A DNA stretch of 64,000 nt. Source: Lytechinus pictus (taxonomy: Eukaryota). The notes beneath the pieces are model-generated. The model was not told the origin of the DNA. It saw only the letters and a program-made list of their open reading frames with translations, and made no database searches. Position 1 is the first letter of the stretch. Each line of letters begins with the position of its first letter. The DNA lies in contig NC_087249.1 in the NCBI RefSeq assembly GCF_037042905.1, positions 34,410,001 through 34,474,000 of the forward strand, given 5' to 3'. This document shows positions 1 to 14,900 of this stretch, in pieces. The position numbers and the translations under genes are program-made.

Positions 1-1409
1 TTATATAGTCCATACATTGTTTAACCATGACACCTTCAGCATTTGTATATCATACTTCCCTTTCATATATTTTTTAAAAGATAATAATAACCCATTGTGG
101 GTTTCATAGTGTTCAGATGGCTGCATCATGCAGCATATTTTCTCTCGTGTGAACCACCTTGCCACTGAAAATGTGTTATTTTGAAGCCACCTATTTCAAC
201 GCATTAGTGGATTTAAGGAATGATTGCCACACATTTTTTACTCTTTCATGTGCAAAATGCTGCAGATGTACATTTTAATGATGTACTTAACTCATCCCTC
301 GGTTTGTTTTTTGTTTTATTTCTTATGTAAAATTATTTTTTTACATTGTGTGTGTAACCATTGGCTGTTCTTTGTATGTCTCTTTGTTATAAAATTGTGT
401 TTAATATTTTTCTCTTTGTTATATGTTTGAACGAGAGCTTTTGCCCTGTTCGAGAAATCATGTCTGAAAGTGTCAAATCCTCCTTTAAATGACGGTGATT
501 TTTGTCACATTATCTGCCTGGATTGACCTGTATTGCCCGAGAAATGCAGGATCCGCTGTGAAAATCAATCATTCTGTCTCATTTTTAGAATGAAAGTCAC
601 ACCTTCAGACATAGTTTTCTTAACCTATTGTGCACAGCTCAATGTAGACAGATTTAATCCAATTAAATGCACTTCAAAAAACTAAAGAAAATAGGACCAG
701 TATAATAAAATCAAGAGCATTATGTAGACAATGAATATGAATTTCTCACAGATAACAATCCTATGTCTAATTTATTTAAAAACCACACACACCTGTCTCA
801 AATGCCTTTATAATATCAGTGTCTTCCAAGCATATCTATACACTATAGATAAGGGTAACCCATACTAGTGTCAAATTTTCTGGCATTTTTCTGTACATTG
901 AACCATTTTTGTTGTTCCCTTTGTTATGAAACTGTAACTTGTATGAATTCATCTTTTTTTTTTACTTTGCACAAGTTAAAACTATGAGAGACTGAGGAAC
1001 CTTTGTATGATTTATTGATACAGTTTATGATTGTTTTAAATCAAACTTGTGCATAGGCTCGAGGTGGAGGGCTACTATTTTGTATTACCAATATTGTTCA
1101 ACATGTTAAAACAAGGTATTCTCTCCAAATTTCAAACCATCTTAATCTCTACAAAGAGCATTCATAAACGATTGTCATCCTGTCTCATTGTAATGTAATT
1201 GACTCCACCTATTCCAACAGAGTTTGAATAGTTTCTAATATAATACTTTGAATTGAAGATGGTTCTGAAAAATTGTCAATAAAATTGTATCGGCCTGGCG
1301 GGGAAAAAATGCTTGTACCGGTTGTATTTTTATGTGGTATAGATTATTTAGTGGCTCGTATTTACACTTTAATGCCCTAGTCCAAACCTTTATTATATGT
1401 TGATTTGAA

Positions 1410-2380
1410 TGGGAATGAGAGTAAGAGTAGGGTCAGTGTTGTCTGATCAGTTTGAGGTGAAGAGAGGTGTGCATCAAGGTTCCGTATTGTTATCATTAAT
1501 ATTCACAATTACGATGGATGTGTTACGGAGAGTGCATTAGGTAGTTTGATGAGAGAGATGTTGTATGCTGGTGACTTGGTTTTGATGAGTGACACAATGG
1601 AATTGAATTGCAATTGAAACTGGAAGAAAGCATTTGAGAGTAAATTTTGGGGCAGACAATTGTTGGATGGAGGGAGGGGGAAGTGTAAGTGAGAGAAGGT
1701 AGACCCATGTGGCATAGGTAGAAAGTGGGTGATTCCTGAATCAAGGCAAGAGCTTTTGTGGGTGGAAGATGCTAAAGGAGCTGGAGGTATGGTGGAACAA
1801 TTCCATGACTTTTGCTCTGGCAACAATTAGCTCCAATCTGCATGTTAAGCCAAACAAAATCTAACCTCCAAAACTAAATAAACCCTAATCATAATCTTTA
1901 CATAATTCTGAAGAAAAAAAAACTGAATTACAATCCTAACTCTAACCCTATGCTCTTTGGAGCAAATGTGTCAACGGTGGAACAGTTGGAAATGTGTAGT
2001 GGGGAGTGAAGTGAATGTGCAGTGAAGGAGATATACATTGGAACAGTGCAAAAGTGTGGATGGTGTGTACGGAGAAAGCTGTGACAGCTAGAGCAAGGAT
2101 TGGCAATGTGTAGAGTTGATACTCGTGAAAAGATTTCCTAGAAGGTGAAAGGAATGGTGTATGGGGGTAGTGTAAGATCTGTGATGCATGGAAATGAGCC
2201 ATGGAAGAAGATGGAGAACGTGATGCGGATGTTGCGTTTAAAGGAGCGGTGGACCAGTTAGCGAAGGAAAATGGAGTATGGCGCTATGGGCATGTGCCTT
2301 GGAGGGATACGGGCTTTTGAGGTCTAGGACCAGGAAGGGATGGTCGGAAGCAAGGAATGAAGCAAGAAAAAATCGGATGT
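1410..2380 (+). mobile_element. Degenerate RTE-clade non-LTR retrotransposon RT remnant
   Basis: Plus-strand frames give FEVKRGVHQGSVL, MLYAGDLVL (degenerate YADD), WKKAFESK, AVTARARIG, HGNEPW, YGHV, interrupted by stops and frameshifts. Confidence 0.8.
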
Positions 2381-3189
2381 GAAATAAAAATACAAAATCA
2401 TGAAGTTTCTTGTACCAAACTTTTTATGAAATTTACAGTGTTATGCTATAAGTGGATGTGACATGATAGGTATATTACCTGAATAATCATTTCAATACAG
2501 TATAAAGACTATTTCATCTTTCCCAAGAGATAGAATGCTCCTTACTAATTATTCCCCTCTAGAGCATGTATTGCTTTCTTCACTCTCTACTTCAATGCTA
2601 AGAAAAACAAAAAGGAACAAGCATTTTATTTAAAAACTAATGCGCTAAAATGTTTAATTCCAGACAAAAGTACAAAACAAATATAATAAAACAATACAGA
2701 GTTGAAAAGATTGACAAATATCAGGATAATAAATGCAAATTGTAAATTAACAAGAGAATTCCTACACTTCCTAATTCTATGAAAATGAGATGAGGAAGAA
2801 AACCTTTCAGAAAAAAAATTGTCACAAGTACTATATTTAGTCTGTATTAGCAATTCATGTTTTGGGGAAAAGATCTTTGAATAAATATGTTGTGCTAACA
2901 GAGCTCTGTAATAGCTTATTTTTTCCCCTTCAAATTGTGCTCACCCAACCATCACAATAGGGAGCATTTAACATGATAAAACTTCTGTAAGGCTTAGTAA
3001 TGATCAAAGTATTTTTGCTAGGAGCATACATGAGAAATGCATTATGTCACAATAGGTCTTTTAAATTTATCACCATCCTAAATATGCAATGCAATTCCAA
3101 GAGATGCTCATCCTGGATGGTTGTTTTATGTCACTTGGAGTCTACTGAGTACAGCTCCAAATAAGTGCATACACCTATGTAACACAATG

Positions 3190-3398
3190 GGTGATTTCAA
3201 GTTCAGTGTTCACCTTTTGGTGTTGGTGTTAGATTAATTTTTACATGAGCATAGGACCAAACAAAATGAATTTGGTCCGGTAAAGTCACTCACTAGGTGT
3301 TTAGCCATTATTTAATACTGTGATCGGTATCATGTTTTGGAGCTAGGAAACATAATCCAAATTGTGCATCTAACACCAACATCGGACTTGAAATCACC
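3190..3398. mobile_element. Small MITE-like inverted-repeat element
   Basis: Ends GGTGATTTCAAGT ... ACTTGAAATCACC. Confidence 0.55.
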
Positions 3399-4378
3399 TA
3401 ATAGTTAAGCACTGCTTCCCTCCAACACACCTAACATTATGGTGCTACTTTCTAAAGTTGTATCATCACAAAAGCTAAAGCAAATTTGCAAACACATCCT
3501 GCGATAAGACAATACTAGACATACTAGAAAGGTTCTGCATCACAGAAATTGCATTACAAATCTAACGCTACCTAATAATGATAGCTAGGCTGGTCAAGTG
3601 TTGAATACATGAATCAAGCGTTGAATCTCAAATCTTGTTTTGGCGTATACATGTACATCAAAATGAAAAGATCCTTGTGACTTTGCCTGAAAGGGGTGAT
3701 CCAGATCCATCTCATTTTCAAAGAGTCGGGAAGTGTAGAAACACTCCTGACATGTGTGATAAAAGACAATACTCATTGTGTGCTGACGCCGGCAGTATAC
3801 AATATGTTTGAAAAAATCTTAAAAATACCCCCCCCCCCCTTCCTCCAGGAAGTGGAATACTAAATGAAGAAAGATTGTGATTTCAATATATTCATCTAAA
3901 AAGCGTACTAACCACGAAATGAAAATTGTTTCTTGAGGTCATTGGTTTTAAGAGAACAAATTTCAGTACTCTCGTGGAACTGAAATCAGAACCGGATTCT
4001 TCACAAAGCATTACATTGACAAGACGCATTCATTCATCTACATACTTCATAGAATGATTGATGCTTATAAAGAATGTAATTAATGTATTTGAAGAGCATG
4101 ATTTGAATACAATATATTGAAATGGAACCTGTAACAAATAGAACTACAATGTTCAGTGATTGGTACACTTTGAGATGTTCAAAGAATATAAATTTGTTAA
4201 GGGGTATTAATGATTACTCATAGTTTTTTATTAACAATTTTATCTTACATTATGGAACGAAAGGGCATCTTGCTTGTACTGTCAGAGACTGCTTCATTCA
4301 ATTGATTGGTTTCACTTTGAGTTCATATGTGAAGACGTTAAATTATGATGGCCCAAACACATTAGTGAGGTACAAATG

Positions 4379-4703
4379 GGGTCATGGTTTCATGAAAGGA
4401 CTTGTCGGGCATCATATCCAACATGTTCTGTTTTATCCGACAGTTACCATAGTAACAGTACATCTCAGAAGCCAATCAAAATCAAGGAAAGATGTCAGGG
4501 GAGCATTCCATGAAAGGACTTGTCGGACATTTCATCCAACAAGTTTGTTTTATCCGACAGTCGCGATAGTAATAGTGCTTCTCAGTCAATCATATTCAAG
4601 GAAAGTCGTCAGATCTGACCAGTTGTTGGACACCAAATGTCCATGAAATGCTCCCCTGTTCTGACAACTTGTCAGACGAAGATGTTGATGAAACACTCTC
4701 CAG
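4379..4703. mobile_element. Harbinger-like MITE family A: one copy inserted into another
   Basis: Inner copy GGGAGCATT..AATGCTCCC (~4499-4655) interrupts an outer copy at GTCAG; same family as the copies at 6181 and 29593. Confidence 0.7.
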
Positions 4704-5828
4704 ATGCGCATAAGTTTCTTCTTTTTTTTATTCAATGGCATTGCCCAATTTAAATCAGAGAACACTATTGTGGAAAATTGTTGGCAATTACCTAAGTTCA
4801 TTTCAGCAACAGGAACTTTTATAAAGAAAGTGGCAACACAAAGCTCTGGAACTTGTCAACATAACCACACATAATACTATCCCATGGAATAAACTCATGG
4901 GCGATAATCATTACAAGCATTCATATATTCACACAAATATTAAATTCTCCATTTGAATTGCATTTGTACAAAAGGCGCCAAGGAGAAGGGATGGAGATTT
5001 TGTTTTCCTACATACAAATGAAACAACTGCCCTTTTTCTTCTTGAAAAAGTGCTTCTATTAAAAAACATTGAACTATACAGAGAATGCTGTACACATACA
5101 AAGGGCTGCAACCCTTCCCCGCCCCCTTCATCACTGGTAAGGAGCGTGCCTTTCAAGAGTTATTATCTGTATAATCGAAGCAGTAATTACCGACAACATT
5201 GATCTTTCTCAGGAAAATAAATACTAGACAAAAATACTGGATCATCACATTTGAATATAAAAACAATTCAAATGTTCAAATGTATTAATTTTCCAATAAA
5301 AATGGATGATTGTGTTCAAGCAAACAGGGCTATTAAAATCTCAAGGTTTATCAAAGGGTCATGATAAATAATTTTAAAAACATTTCATTAAAAAAGACGT
5401 TAAGAGATTGACAGGAGTATTTCACTAAGCTATTTGTCATTGATTTACATTGACAATCATTATAAGCTGCTGAAATCTATGTTTGTGATTGGCTTAAAGC
5501 AAATTTATCAGTAAAAATCACTGACACAACACTTCATGATTGGGGACCTGATACCTAACATTGTTCATTAAAAAAAATCTCCCTCGCAATTAAAGCTCCG
5601 ATTGGAAAGGATAATCCCAGTGACACATTTTTGCCCTACTCCCATTGGGCAATAGCAGCTCTTCTTGCAATCGATCCACAAACGAGTTATCTTCAACCTT
5701 TGACGGCTCAGCACTGCTTTTCCCCATAGACTTGATCTTACAGAGGGAGGCGAGGGCGATGGGTGGAACATGTGCCAAGGATTTTGGAATATGAGAAAGC
5801 ACAGAGCTAGTCTTGTGCATCCAGTCTC

Positions 5829-5903
5829 TTAGTGGGTTAATGATTTGTAGATGGCCGATGTGTCCTTGTCTCCTAGACCCATATTCTTTGCTCTCTTGTA
5901 TTG
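5829..5903 (-). CDS. GLYR1: GLYR1 last coding exon [24 protein letters not shown]
   Basis: ttgcag acceptor and TAA stop at 5831-5829; resembles the human C-terminus YKRAK..D.SAVY. Confidence 0.93.
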   Translation of the reverse strand, partial: QYKRAKNMGLGDKDTSAIYKSLTH

Positions 5904-8900
5904 CTGCAAAATAAAATGAACAATTCAATGACTAGGTAAATGGTGGTTGTTCTTTCAAATACAGGAAGAAACAGTCTAAAAATTGTTGTAAAAAGTTGCT
6001 TATAATGCAAGTAAAAAGGCATTGTAATCACCAATATGGGTCTATTTATCATAAGCAACATAACAACAAAGACCCAATTAACACATTTGTCTAAAGATGG
6101 CCACATATTAAACTGATTTAAACCATGTTAAGCCATGGTTTCACTTCGTATACAATTGTAAATACTGGCAATCTGGTCTTCCGGGGAGCGATTCATCAAC
6201 ATTTTCGTCCGACAAGTTGTCAGATAAGGGGGGCGTTTCATCAACATTTTTGTCCGACAAGTTGTCAGATCTGACAACTTTCCTGTATTCTGATTGGTTG
6301 AGAAGCACTGTTACTATAATAACTATCGGATAAAATAGGACTTGTCGGATAAAACGTCCGACAAGTCCTTTCATGAAACGCTCCCCAGGTAATATCTTTC
6401 TGACTTACCTCATTAACTGCTGATGAGACTGGTAAGGGTTGATCAACCTGCTCTGACATAGCTAGTGCAAGCTTCAGATCTTTCTGTTGGTATTTCAGAG
6501 GGAAAGCCGGTGGGTACTTGTTGGCGAGGATTGCTATAGGAATGAAGAAGAGGAGAACTCATTTAAGGTCTGTCAACTTATGATGCTGTAGATGCAAGCA
6601 ACAACATTGTATTTAAAGCACAAGCATCACAAAAGCTGAGATAAGAGCAGTATTTATTTGGAGGCATCACCGATTGAGAGAAACATATGCTTCACAAAAA
6701 GAATTTTCAGAAACAGTCGAGTCTCCTTTATACATGATGTGACAATGCTTGGCAACATTTTTCATATTGTTCATACAAAATAAGACAAAATACATCATTC
6801 ACTTTAAAGTAAAAAAAAAAGGGTCAGATATTGCACAAATAAACTCATGATATCACATTAATTCCATGACATCATTACTCATATCATATGATTCACAATT
6901 GCAATATCATGTCATGAATAACATTGAAGGACGTTGTTGGTTTTCCCATGCAACTCTGTAAAGATGATTTTGTGCTAGCTTGTTTTCAGTTGTCATAACC
7001 ATTTTTTCAAAGATTATTAGTGGTTCTATATTTTTGTCACAAAGAAACAGAAGAAAAGTTGCTTGCCTCTGCATTTTTTTTTCTGAGCTTTGCCACTCTG
7101 TGCCTCAACAATAAATAATAGCTGGATTTATAAAATGCTTTTTGCCCGAGGATACAAAGCGCTGCTATTATTACCCCGGCTTTAGCTTGAGCTACCATCA
7201 CCAGCGCTCAGTGCATGCAAGGAATTAATCCTGCCGGGTCCCCATTCACCTCACCTGGGTCGAGTGCAGCACAGAGTGGATACATTTTTTGCTGAAGGAA
7301 AACACGCCATGGCTAGGAATCGAACCCACGACCCTCTATTTCAAAGGCGAGAGTCAGAACCACTAGACCACGATGCACCCATTTAACCAATGACCCAATT
7401 TGTTTGATGATATAAAAACAGCACTAAAAAGTTATGATGCTAGAGCAAGCATCCATAACCAAAGTCAATGTGGGAGCATTGCAGTCAACCTATTCATCAA
7501 GAACAGCCATACATGATGCGTTGGAATAACTAAATTCTTAGAATTTAGAGTTTTTCTTTCCCATTTTTATTTTAATAGCAGATTCTCAGCATGTACAGGT
7601 AATGACTTGAATTCCACATGCTTGTTGTGGTAAAATGAATTCCACTGTAACAAAGCCTAAGCCTGTAACATCAAGGTTTGCAATAAATTGCAAATATGAA
7701 AGAACAATTCTGATTGGTTCTAGGTCATTGTTTTGAATGAAATGTGCATGCAACAGTGATCTTCATTGGCCCATGCAATTTAGCGGTTGATTGCACACCT
7801 GTGTTTTATAGAGCCCTGAATATATCAATACAAGACAAGCCTTGGTATTCCACCTGGGTAACATTGGCATGTGCCAACAAACATATATGGTTCATCAGGC
7901 AGAGATGCATTGCACAATGACCAAACAAGCTCAAAACTTCCTTCTAACCTTTTCCTTTTCCACTAATAAGAGGGTTGGCGATTGATCCAAGATTGAGAAT
8001 GTCGAGAAGAACGCTTTGACTGAGGCCTGACTTATCAGCAAGGGCCATTCCTTCTGCAAAGCTGCACATGACGCTGCCTATGATCATGTTGATGACCAGT
8101 TTCATCCGAGCTGCATTACCTGTGTCAACTACAGAATATTAAAAAAAAAATTATACTAGTAGGCATGCAACAAAGAATTTATCATATTAAAGTAGGAAAA
8201 TCTGTTACCCAAAAAGGTGTTTTCTATGCCTGAAAATGCAAATTTCCTAACATTTTTTTCAAAGTGGTATTGCTCCAGGAGTGTCGATGTATAGACAAAC
8301 CATTAGCCACCACTATCTATTAGTGTGAAAAAACCTATTAACACATTAAAACACAACCTGAAATAAGTTTTAGCTATTCCTTACCATCTCCACCTTTCAA
8401 CCTTTTTCATTGTTCAATATTGAAATCTCTGTTTATTGACCAAGGGACAAGTTTTTCTTGTCCAAATTCAATTGAAAAGCATTAAATACATTTACCCACA
8501 TCACACATTATCCCTGGTAGGCAAAATAAATGACTTACTAAGATAGAATGCTTTCTTTCCCATAGATTGAAAACATGATTCACACTCGTCAAAGAGTTCT
8601 TTATCTCCAGCTGCAATGATGATGAGGGAACCTTCCATGGCTGGTTGGACGCTACCACAGACCGGTGCCTCTAAGAACCGGCCATCCCGTGCTTGAACAG
8701 CCTACAAATGAGAGGATATGAAATAAGTGCCTGAAGGTACAAATTTTAAAACAATACAATATGCTTACAGAGATATACAAACTTTGTGAATGGAGATTGG
8801 ATAGAGAAGTCCACAGTGATATTGGCAGGCCAATCAGTGCTCACTAAAATACAATTTTTTTCCCCCTTTAATTTAATTCAATATAGGAAGTTGTTAAGGG

Positions 8901-11900
8901 AAGCAGAATTGATGTACATTAATCTACTCCAATAAACTGACAAAAGTAAAGAAGTAAAGTAAACTTTACAGACATGTCTGGAAAAAATGACAATTTTCTT
9001 TCAATATGAAAGAATAGTATATTCTTTGCACAGACAAATTTAGGTTCATAGAACATTAACGTTTATCAGCCAAAGCCAGGCCTTCAAAACCAGTCAGAAA
9101 TGGAACATTCAATTGATTACACTAGATCAAAACATACAGCACTCAAACAAAATTGTTCTTATAATGAATATTTAGATTTCATATTATCGGATCACTTAAT
9201 CTGTATCTTGACTTTTTTCTTTGCTATAAAATCTTTTACTCATATTATAAATGTCATGCCTACTTACTTCTGCAACTCCTGTCACTGTACCAATATCTAC
9301 TGTTGACATGTCCACAAATGCTTTACCGTCACTGATACCATCTAATACACCATTCTCACCAAATACAATCTGTACAAGAAATGATAACAGATAATTGAAA
9401 ATGACATGGTGTTGTAAAAGGTAGATTTGGAAGTAAAGAAGAATCTGATAGAAGTAACTTGACATGATCTTCAAAAGACAAGACAGGCTTAAATCATAAA
9501 CATGAAATCATAACAAAGATTTTGAAGATATAGAAATCACAATAAAAGTACTTGAGCAATACGATCTTACTGGGTTATACATTTTCTATTGAAGAAATTA
9601 AATCAATGCATATGAAGATAAATAAGAAACAAAACATAGAAAATAGTAGTGTTTGTAAGGAAGCCAACTTGGCAACAGAAAACAGGTGTTGCAAGTGGGG
9701 GCTGATGGACAAAATAACAATTTAAGCAAATGAAAATGGTATTTCATTAAAATATCTTAATCAAACAAATATTTCATTAGTTTCCAAAATCACAATTAGA
9801 TTTATTTTCACATCATGTATTTTTTTTAAATTGCGTATCAAAAGCACAAAGTAAATCTAAGCTCTTCATCTCAGAAGGAAAAAGTATAGATATGAGCAAA
9901 ATTTGAATCATTCTTTATTTTCATATAAAATGAATAAAAAATATGGACATTTCTCATGTGAAATCACTGATGATGATGTAATAACTTACCGCTCTGACTG
10001 CTTCTGAATCTGATACCATAGAGAATGTGATGTCACATGATGAAACCAGGTCCGATACTGTTTCAGCTTGACTTGCACCAGCTTTCACAAACTCTTCACA
10101 CTATAAGATGGAACAGAGCGACGTCGGGTTAGATCAATTATCACAACTACAATTGATGAGTTTTCACCAGAAGTCTCTTCAAAGTTATTCTTCAATAATG
10201 GTAGTCACTATTACCGTGTTTACACTTAATCGGCATTTGAATCGGCTCGCGGTTCTGAACCGCGAGCCGATTCAGCATCGGCTTTTTCATAGCGTGTAAA
10301 CGCGAGCAACTTGAATCGGCTCGCGGTTCAGAACCGGCAATTTGCACCACCAAAGTAGTAGGTTCTGAACCGCGAGCCGATGCAGAATCGGCTTTTTTAC
10401 TACGTGTAAACAGAAAGCCGATTCTGCACCGGCAATTTGTGCGCATTTCAATTACTTTACCATTGTGACGTAATTGTAAGCGCACTGATCCAGCGTTGTC
10501 TTTATTATGACGTATATTGTTGGTATGCGTATCATTTCAGGTTTTTGCATCGGCTCGCGGTTCTGAACCGCGAGCTGTAACAACGTGTAAACGCAATCCA
10601 AATGCCGATTCTGCATCGGCATTTGGTTCAGAACCAAATGCCGATTAAGTGTAAACACGGTATATATTGTCAGCTACATGTAGCATAAAAATGAATCCAT
10701 ATAATCATAGTTGATGCTAAAATTCAAACACAGGTGAAATAGATTATTATCACTCTGGTCATCAGATATTGGTTTGCCTGCATACATTGTATACACTTTC
10801 TCCACTCCATAGGTAGAGTCTCTGCAAGAAAATGCTAGTCATACATGTACATTGTGTTTTTCATCCTACCGGGTACCCATTGCAAACCTGAGTAAAGAAT
10901 AGCAACGTGTAGATCGAAAGGATGCTGGTGCCACAATGGGATTTGAACACACAACCTTCTGATAACAAGGTATGAGTCATAACCACTAGGATACCTACAA
11001 CATGTAGCTATTACTCAATTGCAACATTGTTTGTAAAAAAAAATTCTATTCATCTTTTAAATATTAATAATTTTTAGTAGAATATCTACGCCAATGAATT
11101 GAAAATATACATTTACTTCATTTGGTCTGTTTAATTCCATTTTCATTTCATTTAGCACCCACAAACCTGGGGAAAATTATAAAGTTTCTTCTATCCTTTT
11201 TGCATGTCCCCTTTCAAAACATAATGAGAAATCTAACTTTTTCTTTTTTTTAATTCAATCTTTACAAAATGTACACATTTATTCTCATTGGTTAACATTT
11301 ATAAGCAAACAACCCACTTCGCTAGCCTGCTTCTGCAAGAACTTCAAAAGTGTAGATAAATTTATTTAGTGTGCACATCAAACTGTTTTAGTATACTGCC
11401 CTCTTGTGGCAGAAAGTTGTACAATTTTAGAAGCCAATCATGGTGAGATTTCCTAGATCTCCCAGAATCTTGTATGCCACAATAATTACTATGTGACAAA
11501 AAAAAGTTTGTCATTTTTCATTCTAAAAAAAGGCCCCTCACATAATATGAAACATTATAAGTACATGTATGTTGAGAGAAGAATACCGGTATATATGAAC
11601 ATAATATGTCATAACAGAAAAAACCTGATGTAAATACATGTGAGAAATACTTAGATATGAAACACTGCAACACTATGTGAATAGAAACTCATAAAGACAT
11701 TAGAAAGTAATATGAAGCATATCAAATTTACTATATTCTTATCATAGAAAATAAAGTGTATGAAAATCCTGTACATTGTTTACCTTTTGTGCAATAAAAT
11801 CCCACTTTAGCAAAACACAAATTCATATAATAACAAAATAATTACAGGAAACAAAAGGAGTCTGAAATATGCACTACAAAGCTCTATATTAGTACCAGAA

Positions 11901-14900
11901 GGAAAATAATGTAGATGTAGATAAGGATATTTTTCACAGCACTCGGTGTATTAAATACCTCTGTAAAATCTTCTGAGAATAATTCATCATCTGTCTCTGG
12001 ATAAAGACCATTTGAATCCTAGCGGGTCAAAGGAAGTAGTGATTAATCTTTATGAAATTCTACAAAGTTACATAACTATTGTTCATAAAATCTGAATAAT
12101 CACTTTATTTGGCAATAAAATATACATTAAATCAAGTATGTAAGTGATATTTAATTTTGAAAAAAAAAATGTCAAAATGATTATGCAATATGTCAGGAAT
12201 ATTAGTGTATGCTGGTTATTTAAAAAAAGCTAGCTACATTACTCTAGTCTGCAAAGAGTTGCATGCACTGCACATGAATGAGACTCCACGCTAAAGTTTT
12301 GTCTGAACATTTCAACTGATTTGCTTCATAACTTGAGTGTGAACACATTTTCGAAGCAATCCTGTGCAGAACTTGGCTGTTTTACTACATTTTCTTCTAC
12401 AAAAATAACCCGACAAGAATGTTTCTCAGACCAAGACTTTCCATTCAAAATATAATTTTGATAAACCATAATGTCAGAAGAGTAATTCTGATTTTCATTT
12501 GTCTTGTATTTTTTCAATTATTATTTATCTCATATTGCTTTATATCTCCACTTCATACATAATATTGACTTTATTTGTAATGCAAAAGACCGGTCCAATT
12601 TCAACGAGGATACAGACTTTGAAACAATAAACTATTCTTATCATTATCATGAAAGTTCTTGATGTTGGGAGAACATCAGGGCTTTCAATTCCCAAGAAAG
12701 TACTGAACACAATTAGACAAGTACACATATTAATTCACACTATGCTACAACCCCAAAAACATGTCATATTTGTAGCACAAAGTGGATGAAACATCTGCCT
12801 ATAAATCTCTTTTTTTCTCTCTACCTTTTAAGGCCACCGCACACCTTACGACCCGACTGGTCTGCAACTGGCTTGCGACTGAGTGAGGGGAGATGAATCG
12901 CAAGGTAGTCATAAGCCTCGACACCGCACACCTTGCGATCCGATCTGCGACTCACCCATGCGCTTTTTGGCATAGCAACTGAGAAAGTGCGCTTACTACT
13001 GCGTATGCGCGTTGTTTATCATATACGCATCGTGCAACTCTGCTGTCTGATTGGCTGGAAGTTGGATTGAGCTTGCGATCCAGTCATAAGGATTCGACAT
13101 GTCAAATCCTTACGATTTTCCTTGCGACTTGTCTCTGACCCGTCTGCGACGCTCAAGCTGACAAGAGCTGTGACGTCACATCTCCCCTCACTCAGTCGCA
13201 AGCCAGTCGTAGACCAGTCGGGTCGTAAGGTGTGCGGTGGCCTTTATACACAAGTGGGTTTTCGCCCAGCGTCGTACGACGTAGAACGTACGTGTGCAAA
13301 AATCGCCAACTTTCATGGAAACAGAGGCCCGAGCGTTCTTGAGCTCAAATCACGGACGGTTCTTCCGCAAATTAGCGGGCGTCCGCATTAGAACGTAGGA
13401 TTTGTCAACAGCCGTCAACAGCCAATCAGATCGCTTGTAGAGCGAGCAAGCTGAGCCGATCGATGTAAACACATTCGCCCATCGCGTGCATGCACATGTT
13501 GTACTCTACTCTGACTACACTGATAGCTGAAAGCTTCAAAACATGGACTCGAATGCGAGTTTTTCGGTGAGTACCATTTCAATTATACTAAAATCAAGCT
13601 AAGTATAATTTCAAAATGTTACAGTAGAAGTTTAAACGAGTATGATTATTGAAATATGATTGAAAAGCCGTTGCATGGCTCGGTCGACGACGCGACTGCA
13701 AGACACATGGCACTGCCAGTTGTGTGCACATAGTAGGAACATATACAATGCACATGTTGGCGTGTCAACATTACATGCCAACCATGCCAGCCGGTCGATC
13801 CGGCCGCGTTCAGCGATTTGCGAAACTGCTTACAAGCGAGAGTTGAGCGCGACGGACGCACGAACAAAGAGATCGTTCTACGTCGTAGATAGCGTCGTAC
13901 GACGCTGGGCGAAAACCCACTATTAGCTTTATTTCTACTTCGTCACTTTTTTAACATGTTTTTAAGCTTTAAATATAACCTGCTATTATAAAACACTATT
14001 TGAATAGTGTTCATTCAAAAATATATAAAGGCAATAAAAGGCCTCCACCCTTTCACTTTAAAATAAAAACCTAAACATTTTAATACCCATTCACACTATG
14101 GTTCAAACTTCCAAACATTGTGACAAAAATTGAACAGAACTGCAACAAATGTCATGTTGGTACGATAGTGTAAATGGGTCTTCAATACAAAAGCCTTTAT
14201 TGTATTATGTAATTCAATTTAATTATATTGAAATTTCAAGGTATGTCAAGGCATTTCAAACATAAGGAGATGCCTTAGCATGGTACAAAATAACTGCCTT
14301 TCTATAGTTCTGACAATCAAGCGGTCAGTGATGAATTGTTCGTTTATTGTCCATTTGTTAAAAACTATCCTTCAGATATATGGTACTCCCTTGCACCAGC
14401 TCAATAAGTAATAGCTCCATTCATCTTTCTTTATTTCGTTATTACTCCCCCTTTTTCATTCCCCCTATATTATCTGCATTTTGTAAAATCAATGAGACCT
14501 TATAATTGTGCTAGCATATTTTCTTCATATTCTGTGCTTTATTTTCCTTTTCAAAATGTGAAGGATAAACGCCTTGAAGGAAACTAGAGCCGGGGAAAGT
14601 GCTATGTGAGTTTTGAATTGGTGTTAACATTCAGCGTTCAGTGAAACACAAGGCGAAAAAAGCTGGAAAATACTGAAGACACAAAAATTACCCTGGACAA
14701 ATGGAGAGCCCAAACCTGATCTTTTCTCAACCACAAGATATGTAAAGAGCTGTTCAGTCCAATGTCACTCAAATGCAAATAAGATAGAGTACGAACAAAG
14801 TTTTTTCTCTGAAAATACTTAAAGACGAGTCTGTATCAGGCACCGACTGACAAGAGGACCCTGGAATATTGATCTGTTTTTATCATAATAGCTTGATTCA

